DNA from: Eledone cirrhosa
Taxonomy: Eukaryota
Direction of reading: 5' to 3'
DNA: 64,000 nt
Assembly: GCA_964016885.1 (NCBI GenBank)
Contig: OZ024750.1
Span: 8,556,001-8,620,000 of the forward strand
Below, one piece after another: positions 1 to 13,149 of the stretch (position 1 is its first letter; every line of letters starts with the position of its first letter). The translations under genes were made by a program, and so were the position numbers. The notes beneath the pieces were generated by a model, which had not been told where the DNA came from, made no database searches, and worked only from the letters and a program-made list of their open reading frames with translations.

Positions 1-1334
1 GTTAATGACTATACAATTTATCATACATGTACATCGTATCTAAAAGTTGTCATTTTGTTTCTGATTTTAGACATGAAATATATATTTTCTAGACAAAAAC
101 TTCAATGGGTTTTCTTTGTCACCGACCAAACACTTATCATGCATAATCTCGAGTAATTCACTTGTTTTATATAATTTATGAGTTATCTAAAATACCATAC
201 AGACTGGATTACTTGTGAGAAATTACATGAGTTCATAGGAGTTGAAGATAGTTCTGATTTATCAGGTGTTAAGTAGATGAGAGAGGAATCTTTGTATTGA
301 CAGGAGACTAGTCTAATACAAGCAATTTTCATAGACGAACTGGTGCATATACTGTAGTATAATTAAGTTTCTAAATTAATCAGAATTCTCTATATTGCTC
401 ACAGATGCAAACGTCTTCAGCGCGATGTCATCTCGTATTATATGAGCTAAATAACCCCTGGACCTTTTATATTCAATTCATTCAATTCATTTATGAATAG
501 GATCAGGAAATATTTTGGTGGAATAATTTGGTAGACGGAAACTATTTGAAAGCCCGTCGTATTAACAGCATCTCTAATTTAAAGTGCCATCCTTGTTACA
601 TTCTATGGCACACTGAATCTCATTGTTGAAAACGATGAAAGTTCATTCCATCCTCTTGGATTACGTTTGGTTTCCACTTCTAATTATTTTCCAGCTACAT
701 TTATTGAAAAATATAATGGAAACCTGCAACTAAGTGCATTTAAATTAGCATCAAGCTACGTCAATAGGCTAAAAAAAAAAAAAACCTCCATGAAATTCTT
801 CCATATTTCAATTGTCTATTTGAAGTAGATTCCACCTGGTCGAATTCTTCAAAATAGAATACTGAAGAGTTCACTAATGATGCCCTCCTTGAACCGTAAA
901 GGTTTGGATTAGTAAACATCTCACAGTAATTTACTAATTACTGAAGTATATAACACTGGCCCTGGAGAGCGAGTTTCTTTATTTTATTGAGCGTATTGCA
1001 TGGGATCCTTAGACATAGAATGGATTGTTAAACACAGATTAATCATAGATTCCTGGGCTGAAGTAGATTTGAGTGCAATGGAATATTTTCCATGCTTCTT
1101 GAAAACCTTCTGTGGCAAATTCACAATATATTATTCTGAAACACAAAGTTACAGGCAACACTTAAGTCTAATCAATTTGTATCGATTTCCTCTTGAAAAG
1201 ATAATAATAGGATTGAATAAACAAGACCGCCGTGTCAGTGTGTCTATCTTAGTTCAATTCCCATAAGCGATCGTGTACTCAGTTCTAAAAAATAAGAAAT
1301 ACTCAATTAATTATACAATAACTTGTCTTGTTTT

Positions 1335-1715
1335 AGTTTAGTCTTAGATCAATTATGATTGTGTACAACTGCAATCAAATGTATTCTTGCCGTCACGATC
1401 CGGCATTTTTATATATCTAGACTTACATACTCCAATGCTTCATCCCATATTTTAAAAAGGTAAGGTATGATTTAACGCTTTAGTATTTAAACCAGCTGTA
1501 TCCGGCCAGAATTCTCTCAGCTCGCCCTGTTCAAACTGACCGTAACATAAATATGAATGCATACTTATGTTACGGTATTGTTCTCAAAATAAGTAAAATC
1601 AAACTCTCATAGATTCAATATGCGAGATAATTATGAGAAAATATAATAGTAAATATAGTGTAATGTAAATGTGAAAGGGTTAAGAGAAGTTGGCTGCTAT
1701 TTCTAGCAGATCGAA
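1335..1715. mobile_element. Dispersed repeat family B (SINE-like), interrupted by a TTAA MITE
   Basis: The motif (gatt)tggctgctatttctagcag recurs in both orientations near 1690, 3881, 9035, 10022, 15862, 16431, 29192, 37238, 41941, 46818, 47152 and 58101. Here it is split at a TTAA by the 1476-1679 insert. Confidence 0.6.
1476..1679. mobile_element. piggyBac-like MITE (TTAA target duplication)
   Basis: TTAA at 1472-1475 followed by cgctttag, and the right end aaaggg followed by TTAA at 1680-1683. These are degenerate CCCTTT...AAAGGG termini. Removing the insert rejoins the family B repeat. Confidence 0.6.
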
Positions 1716-1739
1716 AAACTTTTGTTTTAGCTAATTAAT

Positions 1740-1917
1740 GAAAAATTACGAAGGATTTACTAAAAATGATTTCATTACTAAGATAGTAACTTAATGTAAG
1801 GTTCTCATATGAAATTATGTTGGAAGATTTTAATATATGCTGGAAAACTTTGAAATTGGTGGTATTATTTCATAGAACCAGAGTTGGGTTGGAGTGGATT
1901 GGGAACTAAAGAATTAA
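1740..1917. mobile_element. Right-end remnant of a TTAA-terminated non-autonomous DNA element
   Basis: 1771-1917 aligns by eye with 26821-26968 (ttcattactaagat...tggaagattttaat...ccagagt...aactaaag). The second copy ends in aaagggTTAA. Confidence 0.55.
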
Positions 1918-2299
1918 TCTATCTTTTTGCCATTCATAAAGGTAAATATTAAAATAGCCCCATCCCGCCAAAAAAAAGAAAAGAAAAAAAAAAAAAAAAA
2001 GAAAGAAACTGGAAATTGTTTTAACAATGCCTGCGGCAATGGGGTACGAAGCTGGAATATCTATTTCAACTAGATTCAACCACTGGACTACGGATTTACT
2101 ACATACTACAACAGTTTCAGACAACATCTCTTAAGTGTTTGATTCGCATGATTCTTTCAGCGTCGATATGTCTCACGTGACGTGTTTCTTGAACATTATC
2201 TTAATTGTGTCGTGGTATAATCGCAGAGTATTTCTGCTGTTTGGTTTTAATCAATACTCTCTCCTCTCCTTCCACACCTCTCTCACTTTCTGTTTTGTC

Positions 2300-2301
<2 letters not shown>

Positions 2302-2389
<88 letters not shown>
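2302..2389. repeat. (CA)n microsatellite
   Basis: Uninterrupted CA run. Confidence 0.98.
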
Positions 2390-2392
<3 letters not shown>

Positions 2393-2922
2393 CTCATTCT
2401 CACACACACGTTCTCTCTTCCGTTTTCCACTCTTGCGATACACATACACACAGACACACACACGTCTGTGTGTGTATTCTCTTTTGCGGTACAATACATG
2501 TATCACACATCAGCTCGCGATAAATGGATCTACATGGTTACATTCTTAACACTGTCTGCAAATCTACGGATTTGTTTCTTCTCAGAAAGATCTACATGAA
2601 AAAGAACGTAATATCCACAGAGATTACCACTATAGTCTTTCGTTCTAATGCTTTTTCGTGGACTTCTTCTTAAGTAAATAGACACGGCATATGTCGTACA
2701 TAAGCACGTTGTGTTAGATGTAAATGTGTTCAACAAATATAGATGGTTTCAGAAGAACAATCAGTCATTTTTCAGCTGAAATCATTTGATGGGACAAGAC
2801 AGTGTGTATGTATGTGTGTATCTATCATTTCTTACAACTCCATAAAAATGTAAAACAAGCTCGAGTCTCTCACGGGATTTCAAGCGATAGAAAAGGAAAC
2901 CATTATACATTTATGGCGTAAG

Positions 2923-2962
<40 letters not shown>

Positions 2963-3176
2963 TCTTTTAAATATGTGGATATTGATAAGCATTTGCCTGA
3001 TACTTGTTATTCTCTTTCAACAAACTTTGTCTTATGGTGTAGTGTAAGAGATGCCCCCCATCTCCTTCTCCTCCTTCTAATCATCACCACCACCACCACC
3101 TTTCATAAGAGAAGTATGTTGTTCAATCTTTCCGTTTCAGAACTCTATCATCCTTCCTCAACAACAACCATAATGA

Positions 3177-3830
3177 TTTCTTTTATTCGCCACAAGGGTA
3201 TGGTATGAAGGAGACAGTACAAAGACGTTCCAATATTAAGGCGAGTGTTTACATAGAAATGAGAAAATGAGTAACAAATATACATAGTATATAAATTATG
3301 TACACATAATATATAATTACATAATGAGTTCTGACTCCGAGAGCTGAATACCTAAGGCTAGTTTAGGGCTACAACCACCTGTGTCATTGTCCGACCTAGG
3401 GGATTAGCTATGATTAGAGTCATTCACTCTTGCCATCTTCGCTACTTTTTACCCTTTGGTAAATTTACTGAAGGAGAGCAACTCACCTTTCCATTGTAAG
3501 TCAAACTTGAAAAGGTCGATGAGTGCTCGACTCTCTTTAGTCCTGTCAGTCTTGTTCACCACATAACCCTTTTTCGCAATAGCCACTACACATAAGAAAA
3601 CTCATTGCTCGTTCTTGTTAAAGGAGGGCGCCGGAGCGATCATCACGATGGACTCAGGGATTTCTGGAAATTATCCATAATTCCGGGTTGAAAGTCCTCT
3701 GGAACAGACGAATCAGTTTATTCTCGTCGACACCTAGGACTTCTCCGGAAACATCATAACACTTCCACTTTTCTGCTACAAGAATGTCTGCAAGTGTTGC
3801 AGCTTCAGCGATAATTGCATACCCTGGACT
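3177..3830 (-). mobile_element. Degraded L1/Tx1-like LINE 3' remnant with internal deletion
   Basis: Minus-strand peptides FQRTFNP, MDNFQKS and ESIVMIAPAPSFNKNEQ*VFLCVVAIAK match the 19780-20330 copy (RTFRPGPMDNFQKS...ESIVMIKPPPSFKNEGEAVFLCVMAMVK). It shares the 3' end motif tttc-tttatt..ccacaaggg. Confidence 0.8.
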
Positions 3831-6627
3831 ATTTCGGCCAATGTGTTTCTCTCTCTTTAAAGCGATAGGATGTAACTTTATTGCTATTTCTAGCAGGTCA
3901 AGTGACCATATATATAATTTCTCGGTTGAAGACAACGATGATGCTTGTAAATAACAAGACTAATAAAGTTGTAGCAACATGGATGCGCAAGATACAGATA
4001 TGTTATCATTTGGACCAACAGATGTCTATAACTACCGATATCTAAATATCACACGGCATTTTGTCCTATACTGTAATGTCTCGGCCAATTTGTCGCCTAA
4101 CTGGTGTACACGCGACACGTTATGTTTATAAAGATATCAACACAGGCCAGATCACTGTCTATGTTTGTCTAATTGTGAAAGCCCCTCAATTGTGATGGAA
4201 ACAAGAGGAAGGATTTATATTCATTTACAGTTAAAATAATTCTTTTCTTCAAGAGACATTCACGATTCATAATCCTATATAATTTTCATTTGATTTTTAT
4301 TCACCAGAAGGTACCACAATATGATAATATTTATAATACTTTTCCATGTATTAAATACTTAAGAGACGTGTTTTTTAGGTATAGAGCGTGAGTCTATTAC
4401 CAGCACTTTACCCAAGGCAAGATTAGAGATGTAAAGATCAGTACTGCAAGCTATAGAAATACTTTGATTATATTATACAATTGCTGCTTATATTGTTGGG
4501 CTATACCACTTCATAACACTAATGTATGGGCAAATAGAGATGCTTCTTCAGATTTAAACCGCTTTGCCAGGGGTACAGTGAAGTAGTGACAAGATGACAG
4601 GGTTTGAGGACCCTTCGGTTGGTAGGATAACATTTACAGTTATCGACTTCTCTGTAAACTCTGTTTAATGGATAAAAGAAGAAAATGTTCGGGCAGAATT
4701 TAAACTTATTGTTAGAAGATATTAAACAAACAGCCAAATTATGGAATTGAATATATCCTAAAGGAAAAATAGTTGATTCCATTTATAGCTGGATTTTAAT
4801 TAAAATATAGCCACTTTAGTTTGTGTTGGAGGACCTTTCTTTATGTAAGGCCACGTGAGAAGTAAGCTTATCGCTAAAACCTTATGAATAACAATGAAAT
4901 AGATGGAAATTTCTTGATTTTTATCAAAAGAATTTATACAATTTTAAATCAAAAATTGGACTTTATCTTATTGGCATATCCACCGACCATATTCTGCAAA
5001 GACTTTCAATTTTATTGAGTTCGTGTTTATCATTTTTATCCAGAAATTATTACAACAAGATTAATGGTATTCACTCTTCAAAGTTCAGTTAAAATAACAA
5101 AATATCGCCAGATGCTTCAGAATAATAAATCAGTCGGTTTAACACTATTTTCAGCTGATATCTCATTGTTTGTTGTTTGTTTGTTTTACTGTTACTATTA
5201 TCTTTACTGTCTCTGTTAGTGAGCATTAACTGAAACAGCACAAATATCTTCTCTTGAATCAATAAACTCTGTCTTATGCCTCAAGTTAAACTTTTGGTCA
5301 CGATTTCCTTTGTTCTTCTCATTCACTGCACTGTAATCTCACAGGACACTAAGATTTTCTTTAGCATTCATAAATGCGTTAAGGAAGGACAGTAGCTATG
5401 GTCTCACGTTGCCTTTCTGCTCTGGAAGAATGATTCCACTTATTATTGTAACCAGAAAATAAAAAGGAACTTTATTATCATCTGTTCTTAAGGACTGTAT
5501 TCAGTCAGATGCATTAAAGAAGATTAGTTGTATGGGTAGATAAAATGTGAAGTTATATATATATATATGTAAGGTCAGTGTAATTTAGTGTCATGTGGAA
5601 GCCGAGATATGTCATTCTGAAGTTAGCCATTTATATTTAAGAACGGGAATGCTTTAAGATAGGAGTTAGTCGTGAAATTACTATTTCACGACTAACAAAT
5701 AAAGAATATCAAATTATATTATTATTAGAAGATAACAAAAAAGGTTTTTATTGGGAGAAATGAATATTTGGTGGAGGAACAGATATTAGTTACAGATGGA
5801 TTGGTTCATTGATTTCTTTTCGTGCTACACCGACAGGAATGGTCAGAACACGGAATTTAGAATTATTCATGACAAGATGTACATCTCATCCTCAATACGT
5901 CATAGCATAATTTAATCAAGCTGATTCTTCATTTCTTAGAACTATTATTGTTTCTGTAAGTTGTTTCGGCTCTTTATTGAATCTATTTGAAATTAGACAA
6001 CCGAACACGTGCAAGACAAATATTTCTGTTATATTTACTGTCTGAATATTACAATATCAGTGACAAGTAAGAACTGTTCAGAACCTTAATAATATAGACA
6101 GCTGGAAATCAGAAATCATTAACTAATCTTGGAAACATCTACTGTTGTGTTGTTTTAGGTTCGATCTAAATGTGGCCACTTCGGGAGATGTTTTATTTTA
6201 TAATATAGGTGAGGCAGCCAAACGCCTTGTGGCTGAAATTTGTTAGATTGTAAGTGTGTGGAAACTCGTTTGAAGGAATGTTCATCTTCCTGAGTGATGG
6301 ATTTATTCCACCGTTTGATTTAACATTACGACCTGGCCCTTAGGTATCTTCAGTGGAGTTTACAATGTTACAATCATTCTGGTAATGTCTCCTGTCTGAA
6401 TACAGCCTCTTCCATTCTTTCACCACTGACAGAGGTCAGGAAATACATCATGGGAGCTGCTATTTCTCCTCTAACGAAGCCATTAAAAAAAAAAGGAAGA
6501 ACATATGAGGTTTTGTTTCGAAACTGGTATATTTTAATATGTTGAAAAATAGATGCAATTTCACCAAATGAAATTATATGCTAGGTACAGTAGTTTTTTT
6601 TGTGAGAGGGGAATTTGTTTTGTGATA

Positions 6628-6895
6628 CGGATGTAGCATAGCTGAATGGCTCAGAAGCTTCATCAGCAACACCTGGAATCTTGAGCAAGTGTCATTTACC
6701 ATAGCCTTGGATAAACGAAACTGTTTGGAACCCTATCGGATGGGTTAAATGGACCAAAATCTCATAGATTTATGCTAAGAGTACACATGTCTGTGGAATG
6801 TTCAGCTATATGTTTCACGTTAATCTCATGAACAAGCTGTTCTGTTGATCAAAATACTGGAATAGTCATCATAGAAACCGACGGAGATCCATTCC
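6628..6895 (+). mobile_element. Old tRNA-headed SINE, family C (CORE/V-like central motif)
   Basis: Central motif cttgagcaagtgtcattt and a tail tgtctgtggaatg...cgttaatctcatgaacaagctgttc...aaccgacgga shared with 15100-15200 and 25395-25500. Confidence 0.55.
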
Positions 6896-7544
6896 ATTCC
6901 TTTCCCTGCACAGAAACGATCAGTTGAACCTACTAATGGGTTATATTAACTTTATTGAGTGAAATAGATGGAATACATGAAACTTATAACAGTTTGTGTT
7001 GATAATTCACTGGGAAAATTCACAAAGTGAAAAACCTGTAACCTACTTGAAACAGCAATTTTGGTCTAGTTTGTTGGGGAAGTTTTCACAGAACCCAAGT
7101 TGAAATGGTTCCAAAATGACTATAGAAATTTCAGATTCTGCTATGAATGTTACATAATTTCATTCTCCTCTTCATTATAAGTGCGTCTGTCTATGTCAGA
7201 AATCAATTTGTTATTGTAAATGTTATTGTTGATTAGACCTAAATCATTCAAGATCGTAAAAGGCCATAATTAAATTTCTGCAAGGTTGTTTTGCCTCACG
7301 ATCTCATAATTCTCCCTTTACATTATATATTATATTATAGATTTTTGTTTTCATTGTTTTTCATCCTTCTTTCCATGTTTAGCATGGGTTGGACGTGTTA
7401 TTGGAAGCATAGGACTTTTTCTTCGTGACTATGTTACTTGCTTCTTACTCAGCCATATACATTTCTTGAGAAATGTATGTTGTGAGTGGTTTACCACTAC
7501 TCTTTTCAAGTAGAAATTATAGATATTCTGAGTATAAATAATGA

Positions 7545-7845
7545 TGTTTAATTAAGGCACAAGGCCAGCAATTTGAAAGAGGGGGAAAAGTCGATTAAAT
7601 CAGCATCACTATTTGACTGGTATTTTTTTTTATTATCGATCTCAAAGGCTGGTTTACGAAGTTGACCTCGGCAGGATTTTAACTTTTCTCCCATTATATT
7701 ACATGTAGCCATCAGAATATTGATGATTAAAAAACATTGATTGGACAGAGTTAGAATACCTTTCTTGCCAAGGACGTAAGGAGACTGAATTAATACTGCT
7801 AAGTATTTCTCCGACGATCTAACGACTCTGTAAACCCACCGCCCT
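7545..7845 (-). mobile_element. Old SINE family A copy (interrupted)
   Basis: ggcacaaggccagcaattt...gttgacctcggcaggatttt, with a degenerate tRNA head at about 7771-7845. Confidence 0.65.
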
Positions 7846-7925
7846 AAAATCTAAACCACAACAACAATATAAGGCATCGCTTGCGTTGTGGGATTATTTT
7901 TAATTTTTTCGCTACATTATTTTTT

Positions 7926-8030
7926 CCGCCGAGGTTTACTTTGCCTTTCATCCTTACGGGGTGGATAAAATAAAGTACCAGTAATGTACTGGGTTAATTG
8001 CTGGCCTTGTGCCAAAAGTAGAAACAATTA
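7926..8030 (+). mobile_element. Young SINE family A, 5'-truncated
   Basis: ccgccgaggt..actttgcctttcatccttacgggg..gataaaataaagtaccagtaat...ggccttgtgccaaaagtagaaacaatta. Confidence 0.9.
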
Positions 8031-9227
8031 TTTTTTCCTGTACAGGGAAAAAAAATCATTACAGAGAAAGATACGGTTCTTTGTTTCGATATGCAGTGTT
8101 CAATACAATATAGAAGAACATTATTCGTGTTCAATCAAGCCAGCGATGTGATATCGATATTTAGCGCAGTTATTTCACTTCATTTATAAATTTTTAAGAA
8201 TCACGTGGGCGTGAGAAGGAAGTGAGGATCTGGTTATGATACAACGGGTAAGTTCTGCTAAAGATATCCTTGTACCGGATATTGCAGGTGTTTAGCAACA
8301 GATTAGTTCTGCTTGAAGAACGCCTATTATAAAAAGTACCCCTGCCTAAACAGTCCTGACATTTTTTCAGGCATTATATTCTTCGGACAACGTTATCCAG
8401 TGTATGTTATTTTAATTAGAGGGGATATTACCTCATATTTTTCTGAGATCACGTAACCGTATAGAAGCTGTTAAACTATGATTTCTAATATAGGTTAACA
8501 CCGAATATTCTCCAAATAAAGGTCATGCTTATTGAGACACCAATAGTAGTATGGTGGACCAACTGGAAAGAAAAGAGAAAGGAAGGAACTTTGAATGGAA
8601 TTTCATGGGAACTTGAAAGGAGACATGCGTATGCTTGTAAATGAAAATGACAGTAATTTAAAACACATTTTGGAAAAGTATGAAAGTCACAACCTCGATT
8701 TACATACCCCCATTTGGACAAAGAATGATGAAGCTAATGATTCCTTGTATTCTCTCAATGTGATAAATAACCAGATATACAAATATTTAAGAGTTCATAT
8801 ATTTGTACCAAAGTAATTGGAATCATATAGGAATACTACCATCATTGATTCTCTCTAACACATTTTATTGTTTTAAATAACTTCACTGCGGTCAGGACTT
8901 GGAACAGATTATGTTTTTTAAACATTCATCTGTCCTAAGAAACAGGAAAAGATAAAGTTACTTGCGCTATTTAGCTAACTAAATAACTGGCTTGGTATCA
9001 AGCCAACCAGCGAACCTCTGTTTAGTTGTTCGACTTGTTAGAAATATCATCCAAATTTCTCTCAAATAACACTTCACTTAATTAAAAATAGGAAAGACAA
9101 TATATAATGTCAGATAATATTAGGTAAAGCAGTCAAAACTCCTTCGATACACATCATATTAGATCAAACCTGCATGGGGCTCCAGACCGAAAATTTCATT
9201 GAGGTCCCTGCATAATATTAAGGTAGC

Positions 9228-9353
9228 AATAATAATAATTGTTTCTACTTTTGGCACATGGCCAGCAATTAATCCAGTACATTACTGGTACTTTATTTTA
9301 TCGACCCCGTAAGGATGGAAGGCAAAGTTAACCTCGACGAGATTTGAACTCAG

Positions 9354-9385
<32 letters not shown>
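9228..9385 (-). mobile_element. Young SINE family A, 5'-truncated, embedded in (TAA)n
   Basis: Reverse complement of the family A consensus ending at the B box, with TAA repeats on both sides. Confidence 0.9.
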
Positions 9386-9386
<1 letters not shown>

Positions 9387-11708
9387 TGAAGTCCTTTCAA
9401 TATTGCAAGGATTCTGTCTACAGTCTAGTCAGTCCACCCCTTAATCTACCACTGGGTCAACACTGGATTGTTTTATCATAGTTCTCCTCGAGCAGGGTTG
9501 ATATGTAGCTAAACAACATCAGTAACTTACTTGTTAATACTTTTCCGGATTACAAGGATATTTTCTGGATAATCATAGCATATAGTCGTTGTTTATTTCC
9601 TGTTTCCCTAGTGGTAAACATATAACTCACTCCCACGTCTCTTTTTAGATAAAACGCTTGTATATTACATGTAGCTTTCCCACAAGATACTTTGAAAACG
9701 TGAGTTTCATAGCTCACCCTCTGCTTACAATAGGGAGTTACCCAGGTCTCCTTACCCAGTAGAGATACGAGGACTAAGTTTTTCAGAAAATAGTTAAGTG
9801 TTGAAGTCATCGACATGAAATCATGCTAGAAATAACAGGTAAATATAACTCTGAGAAAAGGTGCACTGTATTTGGGAAAAGATATAGTGATCACAGCTAG
9901 AATGTTATCGATCATAGATCTGCTCTGTCAGGCCCAATTTGGGGCTAAACATATTAAGACCTATACAGAGTAATATCACTACTAATTAGTCAATGAGGGA
10001 GTATATACGTAGCCACAGCCAACTGCTAGATATAGCAGTTAAAACTCTTTCGATTCACATCAGACCGTTGTAAATAAGGAAGAACAATTAATTAATTCAC
10101 TCCCTGGTATAGAAACGAACAAAATAATTACTACTAACACACCTTTGAACATAGGTTTATTTAGCCATAGTTCAAATGGGGTTAAGCATCAAAGAAAATA
10201 GCTATATAAATAACCAATAGCAGTTTCTTTTGCAACAACATTAGTGAGCAATATAACTTGATTACTTGAAACAAACTTAGTTAATTTTATAAAACATTTC
10301 TACATTGAGACAGACAAAAACAAAAGAGAAAGAAAGTGATTTTATAATAAAAATTAGTTAGAGGAAGACTCTTTGGAGATTTATCAGACGTTTAGCCGCA
10401 GTGTGGCACAACAGAGTTTCAAAGAAACAACATTCAGTGACGTGACAGTGTTTATAATAATGTTATTGATTTCTGGTATTGGCACAAGGCCACAAATTTT
10501 TTGAGGAGAGGGGTATAGTCGATTAAATTCACCCACCCCCATTACTATTTTTATAGCTTAATGGCTTTGTTCGAGATTCTAAGGAAGTAAACATAACCTT
10601 TGTTCCACGCCTCCAAAATTAGTTGCGGATGGTGAGGGAGCTGGAGTTATATTTTGACTAGAGTGCTGGTCTGAATGTTTGCGCCAGAGTGGACAGCGCT
10701 AAAGGTATCAAAGGAGCAGATAGTAGCATTAAAGAGAAAACTGGATAAGGTTTATAACTGAAAACTATATACAGGCCAATCGATGAAATACTACAATCCT
10801 TCGATCAAACTAATTCCGCTCAAAATGTTTCGGTCAATGAGACTGGTTCATATTCTTACGATATCAGAGAGCAGAAATGCAACGTCGGCCTAAGAAGTAT
10901 TTGAACTCAAAATCTGCCTATGGCAAATAATTCTACTTTTGTGGCTTACACTTTCTAAGGCATGTTGCTTTAATAATAATGGTTTCTAATTTTAAAAGAC
11001 CGAAGATTTGGTGACTTCAGCACTTGACTGTTATTTTGTTTTCGACTTCCGAAGAATGAAAAATAAAGTTCACCTCAGTGATCTTTGAATTTAGACTATT
11101 ACAAAATTTTACTTTGGAATATCATGTTCGATGAAATCCATATTTGTATGTAATGAAGTACTCTGGATGTATGGCGTGAAGCTGAGAGGCACACATTTCC
11201 CGGGGAGTTCAAAGTTAGTTTGAGGGTGAATTGTTTCTTGGAAGAAGATTTAATAGAAGAGAACAGATATAATCATTCACAAGACGGACTCTAGACTTGT
11301 GACAACATTTGTTGAACATCACACAAGCTGGTTTGAAGTTACCTTCTCAGGACTATATTTGCAGGTAGTCAGAACTGATGTAATTTTTCGAGATATATGA
11401 TCGAGTGTGACTATGGACATACAAGTTTCCCTGACCTCCCAGTACTACAAAACGACCATGGAGCTATGCAATGTCATATGAGTGTTGGAAGGAATACCTT
11501 ACAACTGGTCTTTCTGTGAAAACGACCTCGAAAACCGAAAGTATCGAAGCCGTGTCTCGAGTTCCAGAAACCATTCAGAAGATCGAAAGACCACTCCGCT
11601 AGCCATAACAGGCAATGCCACTACGCCATCTTGTGCCAGTGAATAAAAAATGATTAAAATGGCAGAATGGTTGAATGCTAGAGACAGCGGGAAGAGCAAG
11701 AAAAGAAA

Positions 11709-12364
11709 ATGAATCTGAAAGTTTTTCGACACTCCAAGATAAGGTGAGCAAAATGTGTGAGAAGGAACCCCTCCCCAACCTCTACGCCAAAATGAAGTTC
11801 ACAGTTCTTTGCTTAACAAACGGAGAAGTGTATAAGACATGAAGGATACAGACAACTATTTTGGGATAAATTCCGTACGGATAAACAAGATTACGAAATC
11901 TCCTATTACGTGGAGCCTGTGGAAAACAGGATTGTATTAATAATTGTTTCTACTTTAGGCACAAGGCCAGCAATTACCCAGTGCATTACTGGTACTTTAT
12001 TTTATCTACCCCGTAAGGATGAAAGGCAAAGTCAACCTCGGCGGGATTTGAACTCGGATCGTAAAGGGACGTAACTATGCTGGAAAGCATGGCGTCCGAC
12101 CCTCTACCAATACTGCCAATATGAATCTGAAAGTTTTTCAACACTCCAAGATAAGGTGAGCAAAATGTGTGAGAAGGAACCCCTCCCCAACCTCTACGCC
12201 AAAATGAGGTTCACAGTTCTTTGCTTAACAAATGGAGAAGTGTATAAGACATGAAGGATACAGACAACTATTTTGGGATAAATTCCGTACGGATAAACAA
12301 GATTACGAAATCTCCTATTACGTGGAGCCTGTGGAAAACAGGATTGTATTAATAATTGTTTCTA
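11709..12364. repeat. ~244-bp direct repeat pair (11709-11952 and 12121-12364) flanking a SINE
   Basis: Both copies run from atgaatctgaaagtttttc to gattgtattaataattgtttcta with an offset of 412 bp. Three substitutions were seen by eye. Confidence 0.95.
11941..12120 (-). mobile_element. Young near-full-length SINE family A
   Basis: A-box-like TGGCAGTATTGG and B box GAGTTCAAATCC on the minus strand, followed by the central domain and tail. Confidence 0.92.
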
Positions 12365-12540
12365 ATTTAGGCAGAAGGTCAGCAAATTTTGGGGAAGGGG
12401 AGATTGTACTTTATTTTATCGGCCCCAGAAGGATGGAAGGTAAAGTTGACTTAGATGGGATTTGAACTCAGAATGTAAAGAGCCAGAATAAATACTGCGA
12501 ATACATCCAATGTCCTACCGACTATGCCAATGCCTCGCTT
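12351..12540 (-). mobile_element. Older SINE family A copy
   Basis: Diverged version of the same tail, core and B box (gggatttgaactcagaatg). Confidence 0.8.
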
Positions 12541-12567
12541 TAATGATAATAATAATTATTATTATTA

Positions 12568-12645
12568 TTTCTTTATTGGCCACAAGGGCCTACATATAGG
12601 CCCAGGGGCGACTCGGGTACCCACCAATCCTGAACCACCCGACGC
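12568..12645 (-). mobile_element. Tx1/L1-like 3' UTR fragment, internally deleted
   Basis: tttctttattggccacaaggg end, then ccaggggcgactcgggtacccaccaatcctgaacc, which nearly matches 17460-17497. Confidence 0.7.
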
Positions 12646-13149
12646 ATCGATAGTACCCTTCTTCTATCAAGACTGTAAATATCTTTATATAAACCATCAC
12701 CAAAATGTGAGTCATTTCTTCGCCGGCGCCATTCCAAAACTGCTCATAGGTGTTTTTTGAACGAATAAGTAAAACGAAGAAATATATATATATATATAAG
12801 GCAGGGGAAGATGTTGAGAGTTAACAGGAGTCCTAATCTGTCTGAGATGAAGATTTTCACACTTGCGTGGGTCGGTTACATAAATTGTGTCATCATTGTT
12901 TAAATTTTATTTTGCTTTAATTTTAGATTTTAAGTATCTATTTAAATATATACTATGCTTTGTTTTAATGTTTATAACAATTTTACATATGTTCATTGGA
13001 TAACACCCACTCCTTGTTTTTAAATATCTTTGTACTGACCTTCCTCACAGGTATTCATAATCCCTGCTTTAACTAGGGATTTGAACTCAGAACATAAAAG
13101 AGCTTAATTATATACTATTCATCGTTTCAAATGTCTTCAAAATAATGCA

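Noticed and set aside
2547-2560. taacactgtctg match to the miR-8/miR-200 family 5' end
   Set aside because: Only 12 nt match, the 3' half diverges and no precursor hairpin is evident.
2586-2672. Plus-strand exon-like segment after ttcttctcag
   Set aside because: A stop occurs in the most plausible frame, the donor is weak and there is no recognisable peptide.
8490-8640. Possible RTE C-terminal remnant (PTGKKR...DMRML)
   Set aside because: Too degraded to support.
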